A stretch of DNA of 64,000 bases, taken from the NCBI GenBank assembly GCA_049969855.1, contig JBMFOB010000003.1, forward strand, positions 26,524-90,523, read 5' to 3'. The DNA is from Candidatus Bathyarchaeia archaeon (GTDB lineage: Archaea; Thermoproteota; Bathyarchaeia; Bathyarchaeales; Bathycorpusculaceae). How positions within the stretch are numbered: position 1 is the first letter of the stretch; each line of letters opens with the position of its first letter. Shown piece after piece: positions 1 to 10,146 of the stretch. The notes under the pieces were generated by a model that had not been told where the DNA came from, ran no database searches, and worked only from the letters and a program-made list of their open reading frames with translations. The position numbers were made by a program, and so were the translations under genes.

Positions 1-153
1 CTGATCACTGGAAAAAGTCTAGAAGATGAAGAATTGGCGATAATGGCAATACGCAAAATTGAAGAAGAATCCCATACAAGCGGTTTAACGGACCGCATAA
101 CCCAGATGCTTAAAGAGGAAAAAGCAAAAAGGGAGGAAAATAAAAATGAGTGA
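1..153 (+). CDS. rrp4: Exosome RNA-binding subunit Rrp4, C-terminal fragment (partial)
   Basis: Frame 1 reads [37 protein letters not shown]..., stop at 151-153; lies directly before rrp41. Confidence 0.85.
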   Translation: MITGKSLEDEELAIMAIRKIEEESHTSGLTDRITQMLKEEKAKREENKNE

Positions 154-880
154 AAAATCTGAAAAGTTAATTGATAAAAAAGGTGTAAGACTGGACGGAA
201 GAAAACCAGACGAGTTAAGACCAATAAAACTTGAAGTAGGCGTATTATCAAACGCTGACGGCTCAGCCTACATAGAACAGGGGAAAAACAAAATTTTAGC
301 CGCAGTTTACGGACCAAAAGAACTCCATCCTAAACATATGGCGCTTCCTGACAGAATGGTTTTGAGATGCCGTTACCACATGGCACCCTTCTCTGTTCAA
401 GAAAGAAAATCGCCAGCACCATCCAGAAGAGAAATAGAACTCTCAAAAGTCATAAGAGAAGCCCTTGAACCCTCAATATTCCTCGAATACTACCCAAAAA
501 CGGGCATAGACATATTCATCGAAGTTTTGCAAGCCGACGGAAGCACAAGATGCGCAAGCATAGTGGCAGCATCCTTAGCCTTGGCAGACGCAGGCATCCC
601 AATGCGAGATTTGGTTGTCGCTTGTTCGGCTGGAAAAATTGACGACACAATAATATTGGATTTGATGGACACGGAAGATAAAATGGGATTAGCCGATGTT
701 CCTTTGGCTTTAATGCCAAACTTAAACGCCATAACATTGCTTCAGATGGATGGAACATTAACCCTTGAAGAGTTCGAAAAGGCTGTTAACCTGGCATTGG
801 AAGGCTGCAAGAAAATCTATGCACTGCAAAAGGAAGCGTTAAAATCTAAGTATGTTAGCGTTAAAGAGGCTGAAGAATAA
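146..880 (+). CDS. rrp41: Exosome complex exonuclease Rrp41
   Basis: [42 protein letters not shown] RNase PH motifs. Confidence 0.97.
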   Translation: MSEKSEKLIDKKGVRLDGRKPDELRPIKLEVGVLSNADGSAYIEQGKNKILAAVYGPKELHPKHMALPDRMVLRCRYHMAPFSVQERKSPAPSRREIELSKVIREALEPSIFLEYYPKTGIDIFIEVLQADGSTRCASIVAASLALADAGIPMRDLVVACSAGKIDDTIILDLMDTEDKMGLADVPLALMPNLNAITLLQMDGTLTLEEFEKAVNLALEGCKKIYALQKEALKSKYVSVKEAEE

Positions 881-1671
881 TGTCAGCTATGATTACCCGC
901 GTAAAACAGAAACAGATCGCACAACTAATTTCCAGAGGAAAACGTTTAGACGGAAGAGGCTTAACGGATTATCGAGAAATAAAAGTGGAACAGGGAATAA
1001 TTGAAAAGGCTGAAGGTTCAGCAAGAGTGTTGCTTGGAAAAACAGAAGTTATGGTTGGAACAAAAATAGAAACGGGAGAACCATTCTCCGACACACCAAA
1101 CGAAGGCGTCCTAACAGTAAACGCCGAACTAGTGCCTTTAGCTTCACCAACCTTCGAAGCCGGACCGCCAGATGAAAACTCCATAGAACTTGCCAGAATA
1201 GTCGACAGAGGAATAAGGGAGTCAAAAGCCATTGATTTGGAAAAATTATGCATAGAGCCTGGAAAGAAGGTTTTTGTTGTCTTCGTAGATGTTTATGTTC
1301 TTAATCATGACGGAAACTTGATAGACGCATCCGCTCTAGCCGCTTTAGCTGCTTTACTTAATACAAAAATGCCAAACTATGAAGTTGAGGAAGGCGAAGT
1401 GAAAATTAAGTCAGGTTATACTCCGCTTCCCATAAGGAGACATCCCATAACAGTTACTTTTGCGAAAATAAGCGACAAACTCGTTGTAGACCCATGGTTA
1501 GAAGAAGAACAAGTGATGGATGCTAGGATTTCAATGGCAATAGACGATGACGGCAACATATGCGCAATACAAAAAGGCGGCAGCGGGTACTTCGAACCAA
1601 AACAGGTTTTAGAAGCCGCAAACATAGCCAAAGAAAAGGCTGAAGAAATACGCAAAAAACTAAAATGGTGA
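880..1671 (+). CDS. rrp42: Exosome complex component Rrp42
   Basis: GKRLDGRGLTDYR, GPPDENSIELARIVDRGIRES; follows rrp41. Confidence 0.97.
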   Translation: MSAMITRVKQKQIAQLISRGKRLDGRGLTDYREIKVEQGIIEKAEGSARVLLGKTEVMVGTKIETGEPFSDTPNEGVLTVNAELVPLASPTFEAGPPDENSIELARIVDRGIRESKAIDLEKLCIEPGKKVFVVFVDVYVLNHDGNLIDASALAALAALLNTKMPNYEVEEGEVKIKSGYTPLPIRRHPITVTFAKISDKLVVDPWLEEEQVMDARISMAIDDDGNICAIQKGGSGYFEPKQVLEAANIAKEKAEEIRKKLKW

Positions 1672-1678
1672 AAAGACT

Positions 1679-1978
1679 ATGGGAAAAAGAACAAAAAAGG
1701 TAGGACCCACCCGAGGCTTAGGAGCCCGCTATGGCGCTACTGTAAGAAAACGTTACATCAAAGTAATTACGGAAATGAAGAAACCTCATGCATGCCCCCA
1801 ATGTGGATTTTCACGAGTTAAAAGAGTAAGTGTTGGCGTTTGGAAATGCAGAAAATGCGGTTTCACCTTTACAGGTGGAGCGTATACTCCAACAACAAAG
1901 CTTGGAACAGTTGCAAAACGTGTGGCTAAAGGCGCACCCATAGAAGCAGCAGCGGTGGAAACAGAAGAAACAGAGTAG
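1679..1978 (+). CDS. rpl37ae: 50S ribosomal protein L37Ae (eL43)
   Basis: GARYGATVRKR, CPQC...GVWKCRKC...GGAY zinc ribbon. Confidence 0.96.
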   Translation: MGKRTKKVGPTRGLGARYGATVRKRYIKVITEMKKPHACPQCGFSRVKRVSVGVWKCRKCGFTFTGGAYTPTTKLGTVAKRVAKGAPIEAAAVETEETE

Positions 1979-2010
1979 CCCCCTCTTATATTTTATGAGT
2001 GATTTAAATA

Positions 2011-2580
2011 TTGAGCGAAAGACAGCGTCTGCTATTAACAACATCAAGAAGACCAACAAAAAATATGAGAACTCTCTGCAGAGAAATTTGCCACAACCTG
2101 CCATTCGCTGTACGGATAAATCGTGGCAAATTGAACCTTGAAGGAATTGCAGAAAAATCCTTAGAGCATGGTGCCGAAAAAGTTATGATTATTGAAAGAT
2201 GGAAATTCGGACTTGGAAAAATACAACTTTTCAATGTAAAACCAGAAGGATTGAAAAAGGTTCAGCCAACCATTTATGTGCATAATGCAAAATTTCGAAG
2301 AAACTTGGCAGAAGAAACGATGAAGGGAAGAAAAATAAAATCGTTAGCAATCGCAGTCTCCCAACACGAAAATTCCGAGGTTAAGAAGCTCGAAAAGGCT
2401 CTGTCAGACTTTTTTGCAATCCCAGTTTTCTCATTTAGAGAAGCCATTAATAGAAAATGCGACGCAGCAATGCAAATCAAAATTAATCCACGAAAAGATT
2501 TAATCATTACTTTCATGCTTCTACCAGAAATGGTTGAAGTTGGTCCACAAATTTGGGTCTCACGTATAGATTGGAGTTAG
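2011..2580 (+). CDS. Brix/Imp4-domain ribosome biogenesis protein
   Basis: LLTTSRRPT..RT, INRGKLNL motif; conserved position in exosome superoperon. Confidence 0.85.
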   Translation: MSERQRLLLTTSRRPTKNMRTLCREICHNLPFAVRINRGKLNLEGIAEKSLEHGAEKVMIIERWKFGLGKIQLFNVKPEGLKKVQPTIYVHNAKFRRNLAEETMKGRKIKSLAIAVSQHENSEVKKLEKALSDFFAIPVFSFREAINRKCDAAMQIKINPRKDLIITFMLLPEMVEVGPQIWVSRIDWS

Positions 2581-2584
2581 AAAT

Positions 2585-2836
2585 TTGAAGGCGAAAGCTG
2601 TTGTCAGATTACAGTTTCCTTCGAGAAAGCATTTAGAAATATTCGCTAAAGCTTTGGAGCCAGAGGTTAAAAAGCCCGCCACGTCACGTTCAAAGGCGAA
2701 TATAGAGAAGAAAGAAAAGTTTCTAATTTTGAGGGTTGAAGCAAGAGACACTGTGGCTTTGCGGGCTACGTTAAATGCTTATTTAAGATGGATAAACTCG
2801 ATTATGAATGTTTTTGAAGTTTTGGAATCCCAATGA
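2585..2836 (+). CDS. pcc1: KEOPS complex subunit Pcc1
   Basis: ALEPE...RS...EARDTVALRATLNAYLRWI. Confidence 0.9.
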   Translation: MKAKAVVRLQFPSRKHLEIFAKALEPEVKKPATSRSKANIEKKEKFLILRVEARDTVALRATLNAYLRWINSIMNVFEVLESQ

Positions 2837-2860
2837 CCAGTAGCCTTTGAAATTGCGAAT

Positions 2861-3604
2861 TTATGATGCCCACTTTTTGAGGGAGATGCTGAGTTTCAAA
2901 AAGCCTTTACCATGAATGTAAACGTCTTTCAACAGTCTTTTTAATGGAGTTCTAGTTCCACGCTTTTCTTCCCATTCAACTGGAAATTCGAGACACTTGT
3001 AACCTTTATGGACGCTTCGAACAATGATTTCGGTATCCCAAAACCAGTCTGTACTTTCACATGCATCCAAAAGGTCTTTCACAAGTTTGCCGGAAAACGC
3101 CTTAAACCCTATTTGATGATCATATACATGAGTTTTAAAGGCAACTCGAACAATCAAGTTGTACATTCTCGACACAAAATGACGAAGCCCTGGACGGCGC
3201 ACCTTGGCTCCCTTTATATACCTTGATCCAGTGGCAAGATCATAGCCTTTCTTTATCGCTGTTATTAGCTGCGGGTAATATTTCATATCTGTAGCTAGAT
3301 CGCAGTCAAGATAGACATAGACGCTACCGTTAACTTTTTTCCAAGCGTTCTTGAGGGCTAAACCTCTGCCTAATTTTGTGTCCGCGTGAATATGAATAAT
3401 GTGCGGATTCTCTTTTGCCAAACGTTGAGCGATAATATCAGACCCATCTGTGCTTCCATCTTCAGCTATGACGATAATGTAATCATTTTCCAAAGCTTTG
3501 GTTTCCTTTAACAATGTTCTTACAGCTTTCTCTAGAAATTGAGATTCGTTATAAGCTGGAATCGTGACAACCAACAAATGGTAACGCCTACAAACCACAA
3601 TCAT
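2861..3604 (-). CDS. GT2 glycosyltransferase (dolichol-phosphate glycosyltransferase-like)
   Basis: IPAYNE, EDGSTDGS, GRGLAL, DCDL, GSRY, DHQIGFKAF, WFWDTE. Confidence 0.9.
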   Translation of the reverse strand: MIVVCRRYHLLVVTIPAYNESQFLEKAVRTLLKETKALENDYIIVIAEDGSTDGSDIIAQRLAKENPHIIHIHADTKLGRGLALKNAWKKVNGSVYVYLDCDLATDMKYYPQLITAIKKGYDLATGSRYIKGAKVRRPGLRHFVSRMYNLIVRVAFKTHVYDHQIGFKAFSGKLVKDLLDACESTDWFWDTEIIVRSVHKGYKCLEFPVEWEEKRGTRTPLKRLLKDVYIHGKGFLKLSISLKKWAS

Positions 3605-3714
3605 CTGCCAATAAATATAAAAATTTAGAAAAATAGGTACACCTTGAAATTTTTATATTACCAGCAAATAATAAGCTTAATTCAATGTAGGCTTAAACGT
3701 CACATAATGTTGGA

Positions 3715-4942
3715 TTGGAGAATATTATGGCAATATCCAAGTTTGGAGCAGATTTTATCACGCTATTCAGACAAAGTAATATCAATAGAACTGTTCTAAG
3801 CATAGGGTTAGCCTCAAGATTCATAGTCTTATTTTCCGCAATTGTTGGATATTACACAATAGGAGTTAGAGAACCCGTTTCTCATGAAGTTTTATGGGAT
3901 TTAAACTTGCCTATAATGAACCTTTTCGCCCGCTGGGATTCAGGACATTATATAAACATTGCAATAAACGGGTATTCTGTTGGACCTGAAGGACCAGGTG
4001 AAGTTTGGGCGTTTTTTCCTCTATATCCTTTACTCATGCGTATCATAGGGGTTCCATTTGCGAATTTTTTCAGTCAGTTTCAAGCCGTTGCAGTTGCCGG
4101 TTTCCTAATAAGCAACATTTTGTTTTTTTATCCTAATTCTCTTTTTTTACAGATTAAGCGAAATTGTGCTTAAAAACAGCCGTTTGGCGTTACTCTCTAC
4201 TATTATGTTTTCGTTATGGCCTGGTTCACTGTTCTATTCGTGTGTGTATCCTGAATGCCTTTTTATGGTTTTAATTGTGACCGCTCTCTACTTTCTTGAG
4301 TGCGATAAAAATTTTGAGGCAATGATTCTAGGTTTTCTTGCAGGTTGGGCTAGACCAACTGGATTTTTAATTTTCATACCTTTCGTTTACAAAGCAATTG
4401 AAAAACGTAGTCGCTATTTGGTTTTCCAATCACTGATAGTTTTTTCACCTTATTTGTTGTTTAGCCTCTATGGGTTTGTCAGAACGGGCATTTTTCTAAT
4501 AAGAGAATGGGTATACATGAAGTATTGGAGTCACCCAATTCCCATTGTATTTTGTCAGCTTTTGGATTATCCGCTTCCTAAAGGAGTCCCAAAGCTTGGG
4601 TATTCGCTTCTTGCTCTTATTGAACTAATTTTTGTAATGACAGTTGTTGTCAATCTTTTGTTGTCTAAAGATTTGCTCGTTGCCACTTTATCGCTTAATC
4701 TAAAAAAGAGACATGATGAAGCGAAATATTATGGTTTTGCCTTGGCAATACTTCCCACAATTCTGTTTTACGGAACCATAAATAATCTACACAGATACGC
4801 CTTAGCCCTAATACCCATGTACTGGGTGTTAGGAAAAATCGCCACTCGTCACGAGGTAACCATGATAATACTTACATCCATAATGTTAACGATGATGGTA
4901 ATAGGAACTATCCTTTTTGCAACATGGAGATTTTATCTATGA
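3715..4942 (+). pseudogene. PIG-V-like (GT-C) membrane mannosyltransferase, split by a frameshift into ORFs 3715..4173 and 4166..4942
   Basis: RWDSGHYINIA..GY and AFFPLYP in the 5' half, FYSCVYPECLF in the 3' half; deleting one T from the T7 run at 4123-4129 fuses them (ISNILFFILILFFYRLSEIVLKNSR). Confidence 0.8.
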
Positions 4943-5024
4943 GCCAACATCATCAGCTTTCAGTAGTTTTGAGAAAATGTTAATTAATGGCTTAGCTTAT
5001 TCATGTGCAACGGAAGGATAAAGA

Positions 5025-5396
5025 GTGAGTGACGAAATTTCGAAGCTTCCACCCCAAGTTCAAGAACGTTTGTTAAGGCTTCAGCAGCTTCAACAGACAC
5101 TTCAGTCCGTATTGGTTCAGAAGCAACAGGTGGAGATTGAGCTTACAGAAATTGAACAAGCCTTGGGTGAATTACAGAAGATGAGTGATGACGCAGTTAT
5201 ATACAAGGCTATTGGCTCGCTTCTGGTTAAGTCGGAAAAAGCCAAAACAGTGGCTGATTTGAATGAACGAAAGGAACTTTTCAACACAAGAGCTGCAGTT
5301 TTAGGAAAACAGGAGGAACGCCTGCGCAGTCAAATAAAAGATTTGCAAACTAAGCTTCAACAAGACTTAAGTCCAGTTTCTCCATCCCAACCCTAA
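5025..5396 (+). CDS. pfdB: Prefoldin beta subunit
   Basis: LPPQVQ..L.RLQQLQQ, IYKAIGSLLVK, coiled coil. Confidence 0.95.
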   Translation: MSDEISKLPPQVQERLLRLQQLQQTLQSVLVQKQQVEIELTEIEQALGELQKMSDDAVIYKAIGSLLVKSEKAKTVADLNERKELFNTRAAVLGKQEERLRSQIKDLQTKLQQDLSPVSPSQP

Positions 5397-5420
5397 CAGA
5401 AGCCTTTTAGGTGGAAACTT

Positions 5421-5723
5421 TTGGAAGATTTAGGCATACCAGAGTTAACAAGTGAGCAAGTTGAGGAATTATGCGCTGTTGCAGAGAAGACTGCCAGAGA
5501 ATACGTCACAGCAAAGGTGCCTTCAAAAAGAATAGAAACATTAAACATAAGCGTTGAGGTGGAAGGCACAAAACCTGTGACTGTGACCATAGATGTGGAT
5601 GTTGTTTTGTCGCCTTTGATGAAGGATTTTGATGTGAAAGATTTGGTTGAAGGCGCTGTTAAGAAAGCGTTCGTTTCTGTGGATGAATATTTGAGGGCGC
5701 TAAAGTGTCATTCTCAAGAATAA
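5421..5723 (+). CDS. DUF3194-family protein
   Basis: GIPELTSEQVEELCAVAE motif; typical neighbour of pfdB. Confidence 0.75.
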   Translation: MEDLGIPELTSEQVEELCAVAEKTAREYVTAKVPSKRIETLNISVEVEGTKPVTVTIDVDVVLSPLMKDFDVKDLVEGAVKKAFVSVDEYLRALKCHSQE

Positions 5724-6700
5724 TGAAAATTCTGGAAGAGATAAATGCTAAACTTGTTGTTTTGTTATGCCACCATAATGCCGACCCAGACGCCGTCTGT
5801 TCAGCCTATGCCTTCGCAAGCTTGCTGAAAAGTTTAAAACCAAACATTGAAGTTGAAATTGTGGCGGCACAGGGAATAAGTCGACTATCAAAACATCTTC
5901 TAAAACATATTCCAATAGAAGTTAAAACCCGCTCTAATGTTGAAAAGGCAGACGCAATAGTTTTGCTTGACACAAACACAATCCAACAACTCAACGATTT
6001 AGGTGAAAAAGTGAAAACGTTAAGGGCTCCGCTCATAGTCATAGACCACCACGCAGCCCATCCAGAAACGGAACAAATGGCAAAAATCTGCATAACCAAC
6101 GAAGAAGCATCATCAACATGCGAAATTGTATACAATTTCTTTAAAGAGTTAAACATTAAACCTGGAGAAAATGAAGCTAAAGCATTATTTTTGGGTATAG
6201 CCTTTGACACACGTCATTTTGTATTAGCGAATTCGTCCACACTAAAATCAATAGCAGAACTCATCGACGCAGGCGTAAATGCACAAGAGACATTATCCTT
6301 GCTTTCTTTGCCCATGGACTTTTCTGAAAGAGTTGCAAGGTTAAAGGCTTGCAGAAGAGCCAAACTTTTCAAAGTTGGAGAATGGATAATTGCCTTTTCC
6401 CATGTCAGCGCTTACCAAGCTTCAGCAGCAAGAGCCATAATAGACTTAGGCGCTCACGTGGCTGGTGTGGCGGGACAAAAAAATGAAAATCTTGAAATTA
6501 GCCTACGCTGCGTTCGCGAGTTTCACGAGAAAACGGGCATACATTTAGGCAGAGACATTGCCAAACCCTTAGGCGAATATCTCCACGGCATGGGAGGGGG
6601 ACATGCAACGGCTGCTGGAGTGAACGGCGTTGGAGACATTGAGACGGGACTTAAAAGGTGTTTGCGACTTCTTAAAGAAAAGTTGGCAGCTACAACATAG
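5705..6700 (+). CDS. DHH-family phosphoesterase with DHHA1 domain
   Basis: HHNADPDA, IDHH, GGGHATAAG. Confidence 0.9.
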   Translation: MSFSRIMKILEEINAKLVVLLCHHNADPDAVCSAYAFASLLKSLKPNIEVEIVAAQGISRLSKHLLKHIPIEVKTRSNVEKADAIVLLDTNTIQQLNDLGEKVKTLRAPLIVIDHHAAHPETEQMAKICITNEEASSTCEIVYNFFKELNIKPGENEAKALFLGIAFDTRHFVLANSSTLKSIAELIDAGVNAQETLSLLSLPMDFSERVARLKACRRAKLFKVGEWIIAFSHVSAYQASAARAIIDLGAHVAGVAGQKNENLEISLRCVREFHEKTGIHLGRDIAKPLGEYLHGMGGGHATAAGVNGVGDIETGLKRCLRLLKEKLAATT

Positions 6701-6758
6701 TTTAGTATAACATATTTAAGTAGCTACTCTTAAATGAGCCAAAGTAACCGCTTAAAAG

Positions 6759-7631
6759 TTGGTAGGCACCACAAGCATGACAGTGATTGAAACAAAGAAT
6801 CTCACTTACACTTATCCTGGTGGAACAAAACCATCAATTAGTGATGTTTCCATAAAAATAGAGAAAGGCGAATTCACTCTCATAACAGGTCCAAGCGGAT
6901 GTGGAAAGACAACCCTCTGCCGCTGTTTCAATGGGTTGATTCCTCATTTCTATCAAGGCGAATTAAAAGGAGAAATAACAGTCGCTGGACTGAACGTTCT
7001 CGAAAATCCAATTTATGAAATGGCAAAGCATGTGGGACTTGTGTTCCAAAACCCTGAAAATCAGCTTTTCGCTCTCTCGGTGGAAAAGGATGTTGCTTTT
7101 GGTCTTGAAAATTTGGGAGTGCCAAGGGAAGAGATGCGAAAAAGGGTGGATTGGGCGCTGAACCTTACGGGCATATATGATTTGAGGGAGAGGGCTCCTC
7201 ACGAACTTTCTGGTGGTCAACAGCAGCGTGTCGCCATAGCCTCCATATTAGCAATGCAGCCAGAAGTGATGATTTTGGACGAGCCAACATCTTTCCTTGA
7301 CCCATTAAGTGCAAAGAAAATTTTCGAAGTAATTTATGAATTGAATAAAAAGCTTGGAATAACCGTGGTGCTTGTTGAACATAGACTTGATTTAACAGCT
7401 AGATATGCCGACCACATAATCGTGATGGATGATGGAAAAATTGTTTTGGACGGTGAACCCCGAGAAATCTTAAGCTCAGAAGAAGCCCGCCTTATTGGAA
7501 TAGGAATTCCAAAGGCAACACGCCTCTATCACATTCTTAGAAAGGATGGAGTAAAACTCGGCAACACCATTCCCTTGTCTTCCGATGAGATGGCAAATCT
7601 CTTAAAGGAGGCTTTAAAAGTTCATGATTGA
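6759..7631 (+). CDS. ecfA: ECF transporter ATPase (EcfA1/CbiO-like)
   Basis: GPSGCGKTT, FQNPENQ, LSGGQQQR, LDEPT. Confidence 0.93.
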   Translation: MVGTTSMTVIETKNLTYTYPGGTKPSISDVSIKIEKGEFTLITGPSGCGKTTLCRCFNGLIPHFYQGELKGEITVAGLNVLENPIYEMAKHVGLVFQNPENQLFALSVEKDVAFGLENLGVPREEMRKRVDWALNLTGIYDLRERAPHELSGGQQQRVAIASILAMQPEVMILDEPTSFLDPLSAKKIFEVIYELNKKLGITVVLVEHRLDLTARYADHIIVMDDGKIVLDGEPREILSSEEARLIGIGIPKATRLYHILRKDGVKLGNTIPLSSDEMANLLKEALKVHD

Positions 7632-8448
7632 AGTTGAAGACGTCTACTTTAGGTATCCAAACGGCGTTGAAGCATTAAGAGGGATATCTCTAACAATAAA
7701 AAACGGCGAATTCGTAGCCATAATGGGACAAAACGGCGCGGGAAAAACAACATTGGTTAAACATTTTAATGGATTATTAAAACCAACCAAAGGAAAAGTG
7801 TTGGTTGATGAAGTTGAAACAACAAAAGTTAGTGTGGCAACCCTAGCCAGAAAAGTTGGTTTTGTTTTCCAGAATCCAGACCATCAACTTTTCAGCGAAA
7901 CAGTGAAAGAAGAAATAGCCTTCGCATTGAAGAATTTCGGGTTCAAAGAAACAATCATAAAAAGAAGGGTTCAGTGGGCTTTAAACCTTTTAGGTTTAAC
8001 TCAATACATAAAAACTTCGCCATTCATGCTTAGCGGTGGAGAAAGAAAACGTGTAGCCCTTGCTTCGGTTCTTGCATGGAACCCTAAAATACTCATATTG
8101 GACGAGCCCACAATAGGGCAAGATTATCAACAAAAAGAGAAGCTTAGACAGTTTATTCTTCAGATGAAAACGCAGAGAAAGACGGTGATTATTGTTACGC
8201 ATGATGTGGAGTTTGTGGCTGAATGCAACCCAAGGGTTGTTTTAATGCGGGAAGGAAAAATTGTTGCAGACGGCGAAGCAAAAGAGATTCTAACAAACGA
8301 GGAAGTCTTAACCCAAGCATCCATAGTTCCGCCTCAAATCGCTCAAATTTTCATGCAGATTCCAAGTTTAGAATTGCCAAAAAACGTCATTGACGTCTAC
8401 GAAGCAAGAGAAATACTGCTTAAAAAATTGGAGAAGGATGCTAAATGA
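7624..8448 (+). CDS. ecfA: ECF transporter ATPase (EcfA2)
   Basis: GQNGAGKTT, FQNPDHQ, LSGGERKR, LDEPT. Confidence 0.93.
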   Translation: MIEVEDVYFRYPNGVEALRGISLTIKNGEFVAIMGQNGAGKTTLVKHFNGLLKPTKGKVLVDEVETTKVSVATLARKVGFVFQNPDHQLFSETVKEEIAFALKNFGFKETIIKRRVQWALNLLGLTQYIKTSPFMLSGGERKRVALASVLAWNPKILILDEPTIGQDYQQKEKLRQFILQMKTQRKTVIIVTHDVEFVAECNPRVVLMREGKIVADGEAKEILTNEEVLTQASIVPPQIAQIFMQIPSLELPKNVIDVYEAREILLKKLEKDAK

Positions 8449-9233
8449 GCGTTTTTGACGGACTAAAATTCCGAAGGGTCTACTCTCCAATTCACAATTT
8501 AGACCCAAGAATAAAATTCATCTACGTCCTCGCAATTTTTGTCATAGCAATAATGTTTTGGGAACTCATACCCTTAATGGTGCTTTTTGTTATTCAGATT
8601 CCCTTCGTCGTTTTGGCTAGAGTTAAACGGGAATGGATTCGTTCAATGCGTGGAGGAGCCTTTTTAGCCGCAATAATTTTCATAACGAACTTTGCCGTCG
8701 CATACATTGGAGGACGAGGATTAGCAGAGAGCCTAGAAAATGCTATCGCTTTAACATTACGTTTCGTGGTTCTCATAGAATCTTTCTCAATTTTCTTTTT
8801 GACAACATCACCAGACCACTTGGGTTTAGCCCTAGAACAAACTGGGATACCCTACGAGTTTTGCTTTGCCTTCACAACCGCCGTGCGTTTTGTGCCTGTT
8901 TTAGCTGAAGAAGCCCAAACAATAATGGATGCCCAAAAGGCTAGGGGTTTAGAGCTTGAAAGGGGAAACTTTCTGAAAAGAATTAGAAATTATATTCCAA
9001 TCCTTATACCATTAATCATAAGCGCCATTCGAAGAAGCCTTGAATTAGCTGAAGCCATGGAATCCCGCGCTTGGGGAGCCACCAAAAAACGCACAAACCT
9101 TTACGTGTTAAAAATGCACAAAAACGATTTTCTCCTGATAGCCATAACCCTTGGAATCTTGGCAACAGCAATTTTCATTCGCCTATACGTTCCAATTCCA
9201 TCATTAAACCAACTTTTAAAAGGACAATTTTAA
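8445..9233 (+). CDS. ecfT: ECF transporter transmembrane component T
   Basis: LDPRIK, AQKARG, AMESRAW; hydrophobic. Confidence 0.93.
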   Translation: MSVFDGLKFRRVYSPIHNLDPRIKFIYVLAIFVIAIMFWELIPLMVLFVIQIPFVVLARVKREWIRSMRGGAFLAAIIFITNFAVAYIGGRGLAESLENAIALTLRFVVLIESFSIFFLTTSPDHLGLALEQTGIPYEFCFAFTTAVRFVPVLAEEAQTIMDAQKARGLELERGNFLKRIRNYIPILIPLIISAIRRSLELAEAMESRAWGATKKRTNLYVLKMHKNDFLLIAITLGILATAIFIRLYVPIPSLNQLLKGQF

Positions 9234-9264
9234 ACCATAAGGCTTTTAATACGGACACAATTTA

Positions 9265-9885
9265 ATGGGTTTCGAGGTTCAAAAGTTGGAAATGCTTAAG
9301 GCAGCAGCAGAAGAAATCATTGACGGAATTAAACGCTGCATTGAAGAGCTTAACATGAAAGAAGTTGAAAGGTTAATTGAGCTCTTGCTGGAAGCAAAAG
9401 AGAAGAAAATATTTATTGTAGGCATTGGAAGAAGCGGATTCGTCGCCAGAGCCTTCGCCTTGCGCCTAATGAATTTAGGATTTAATGTTTACTTCTTAGG
9501 CGAAACAATCACGCCAGCCGCTGAAAAAGGAGACTTGCTCATTGCTATTTCAGGAACGGGTGCCACAAAAATGGTTTTAACCGCAAGCTCAGCAGCCAAA
9601 GAAATAGGCGCCACAGTAATTGCCATCACATCCTTTCCAGAATCTCCACTTGGTCAAATGGCTGACCTTGTAGTAACGGTGAAAGGAAGGACAAAGATGG
9701 GTTGGCCGAGAGAGGAGGATTATTTGGCTAGGCAGATTATGGGTGAAAGGGAACCGTTAACGCCTCTTGGAAGTGTTTTTGAGAATAATTGTATGGTGTT
9801 TCTTGATAGCTTAATTGTGGAGTTAATGCATCGGTTGGGAAGAACTGAAGAGGATTTAAAGCGTAGGCATGCAACAATAGAGTAG
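9265..9885 (+). CDS. hxlB: 6-phospho-3-hexuloisomerase (SIS domain)
   Basis: GIGRSG, FALRLMNLG, GETITP, ISGTG, PLGSVFE, RHATIE. Confidence 0.92.
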   Translation: MGFEVQKLEMLKAAAEEIIDGIKRCIEELNMKEVERLIELLLEAKEKKIFIVGIGRSGFVARAFALRLMNLGFNVYFLGETITPAAEKGDLLIAISGTGATKMVLTASSAAKEIGATVIAITSFPESPLGQMADLVVTVKGRTKMGWPREEDYLARQIMGEREPLTPLGSVFENNCMVFLDSLIVELMHRLGRTEEDLKRRHATIE

Positions 9886-9902
9886 GCTTAAAGAGATGGA
9901 GA

Positions 9903-9989
9903 GTGCCGCATATACGGGCTAAATGGAAAAAGAAAAGGATGCGGAAGCAGAAGAAGAAACGTCAAAAGAGAAGAGCACGGTATAAGTAA
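9903..9989 (+). CDS. rpl41e: Ribosomal protein eL41 (L41e/eS32); start either GTG 9903 or ATA 9912
   Basis: Reads (MPH)IRAKWKKKRMRKQKKKRQKRRARYK*, matching the eL41 pattern [18 protein letters not shown]; too short for the ORF track. Confidence 0.8.
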   Translation: MPHIRAKWKKKRMRKQKKKRQKRRARYK

Positions 9990-10146
9990 GTAATTTATGT
10001 ATCACTGAATTTTCTGGCTTGTTTTGAGTTGTAAGTGTTAAGCATGCTAAAGATTAATTATGCATATAACTTATTAAGACACACGACACACTATACTCAT
10101 GGAAAACCACCCAACACCATAAACCAAAACACAACGGTGAAAACCA

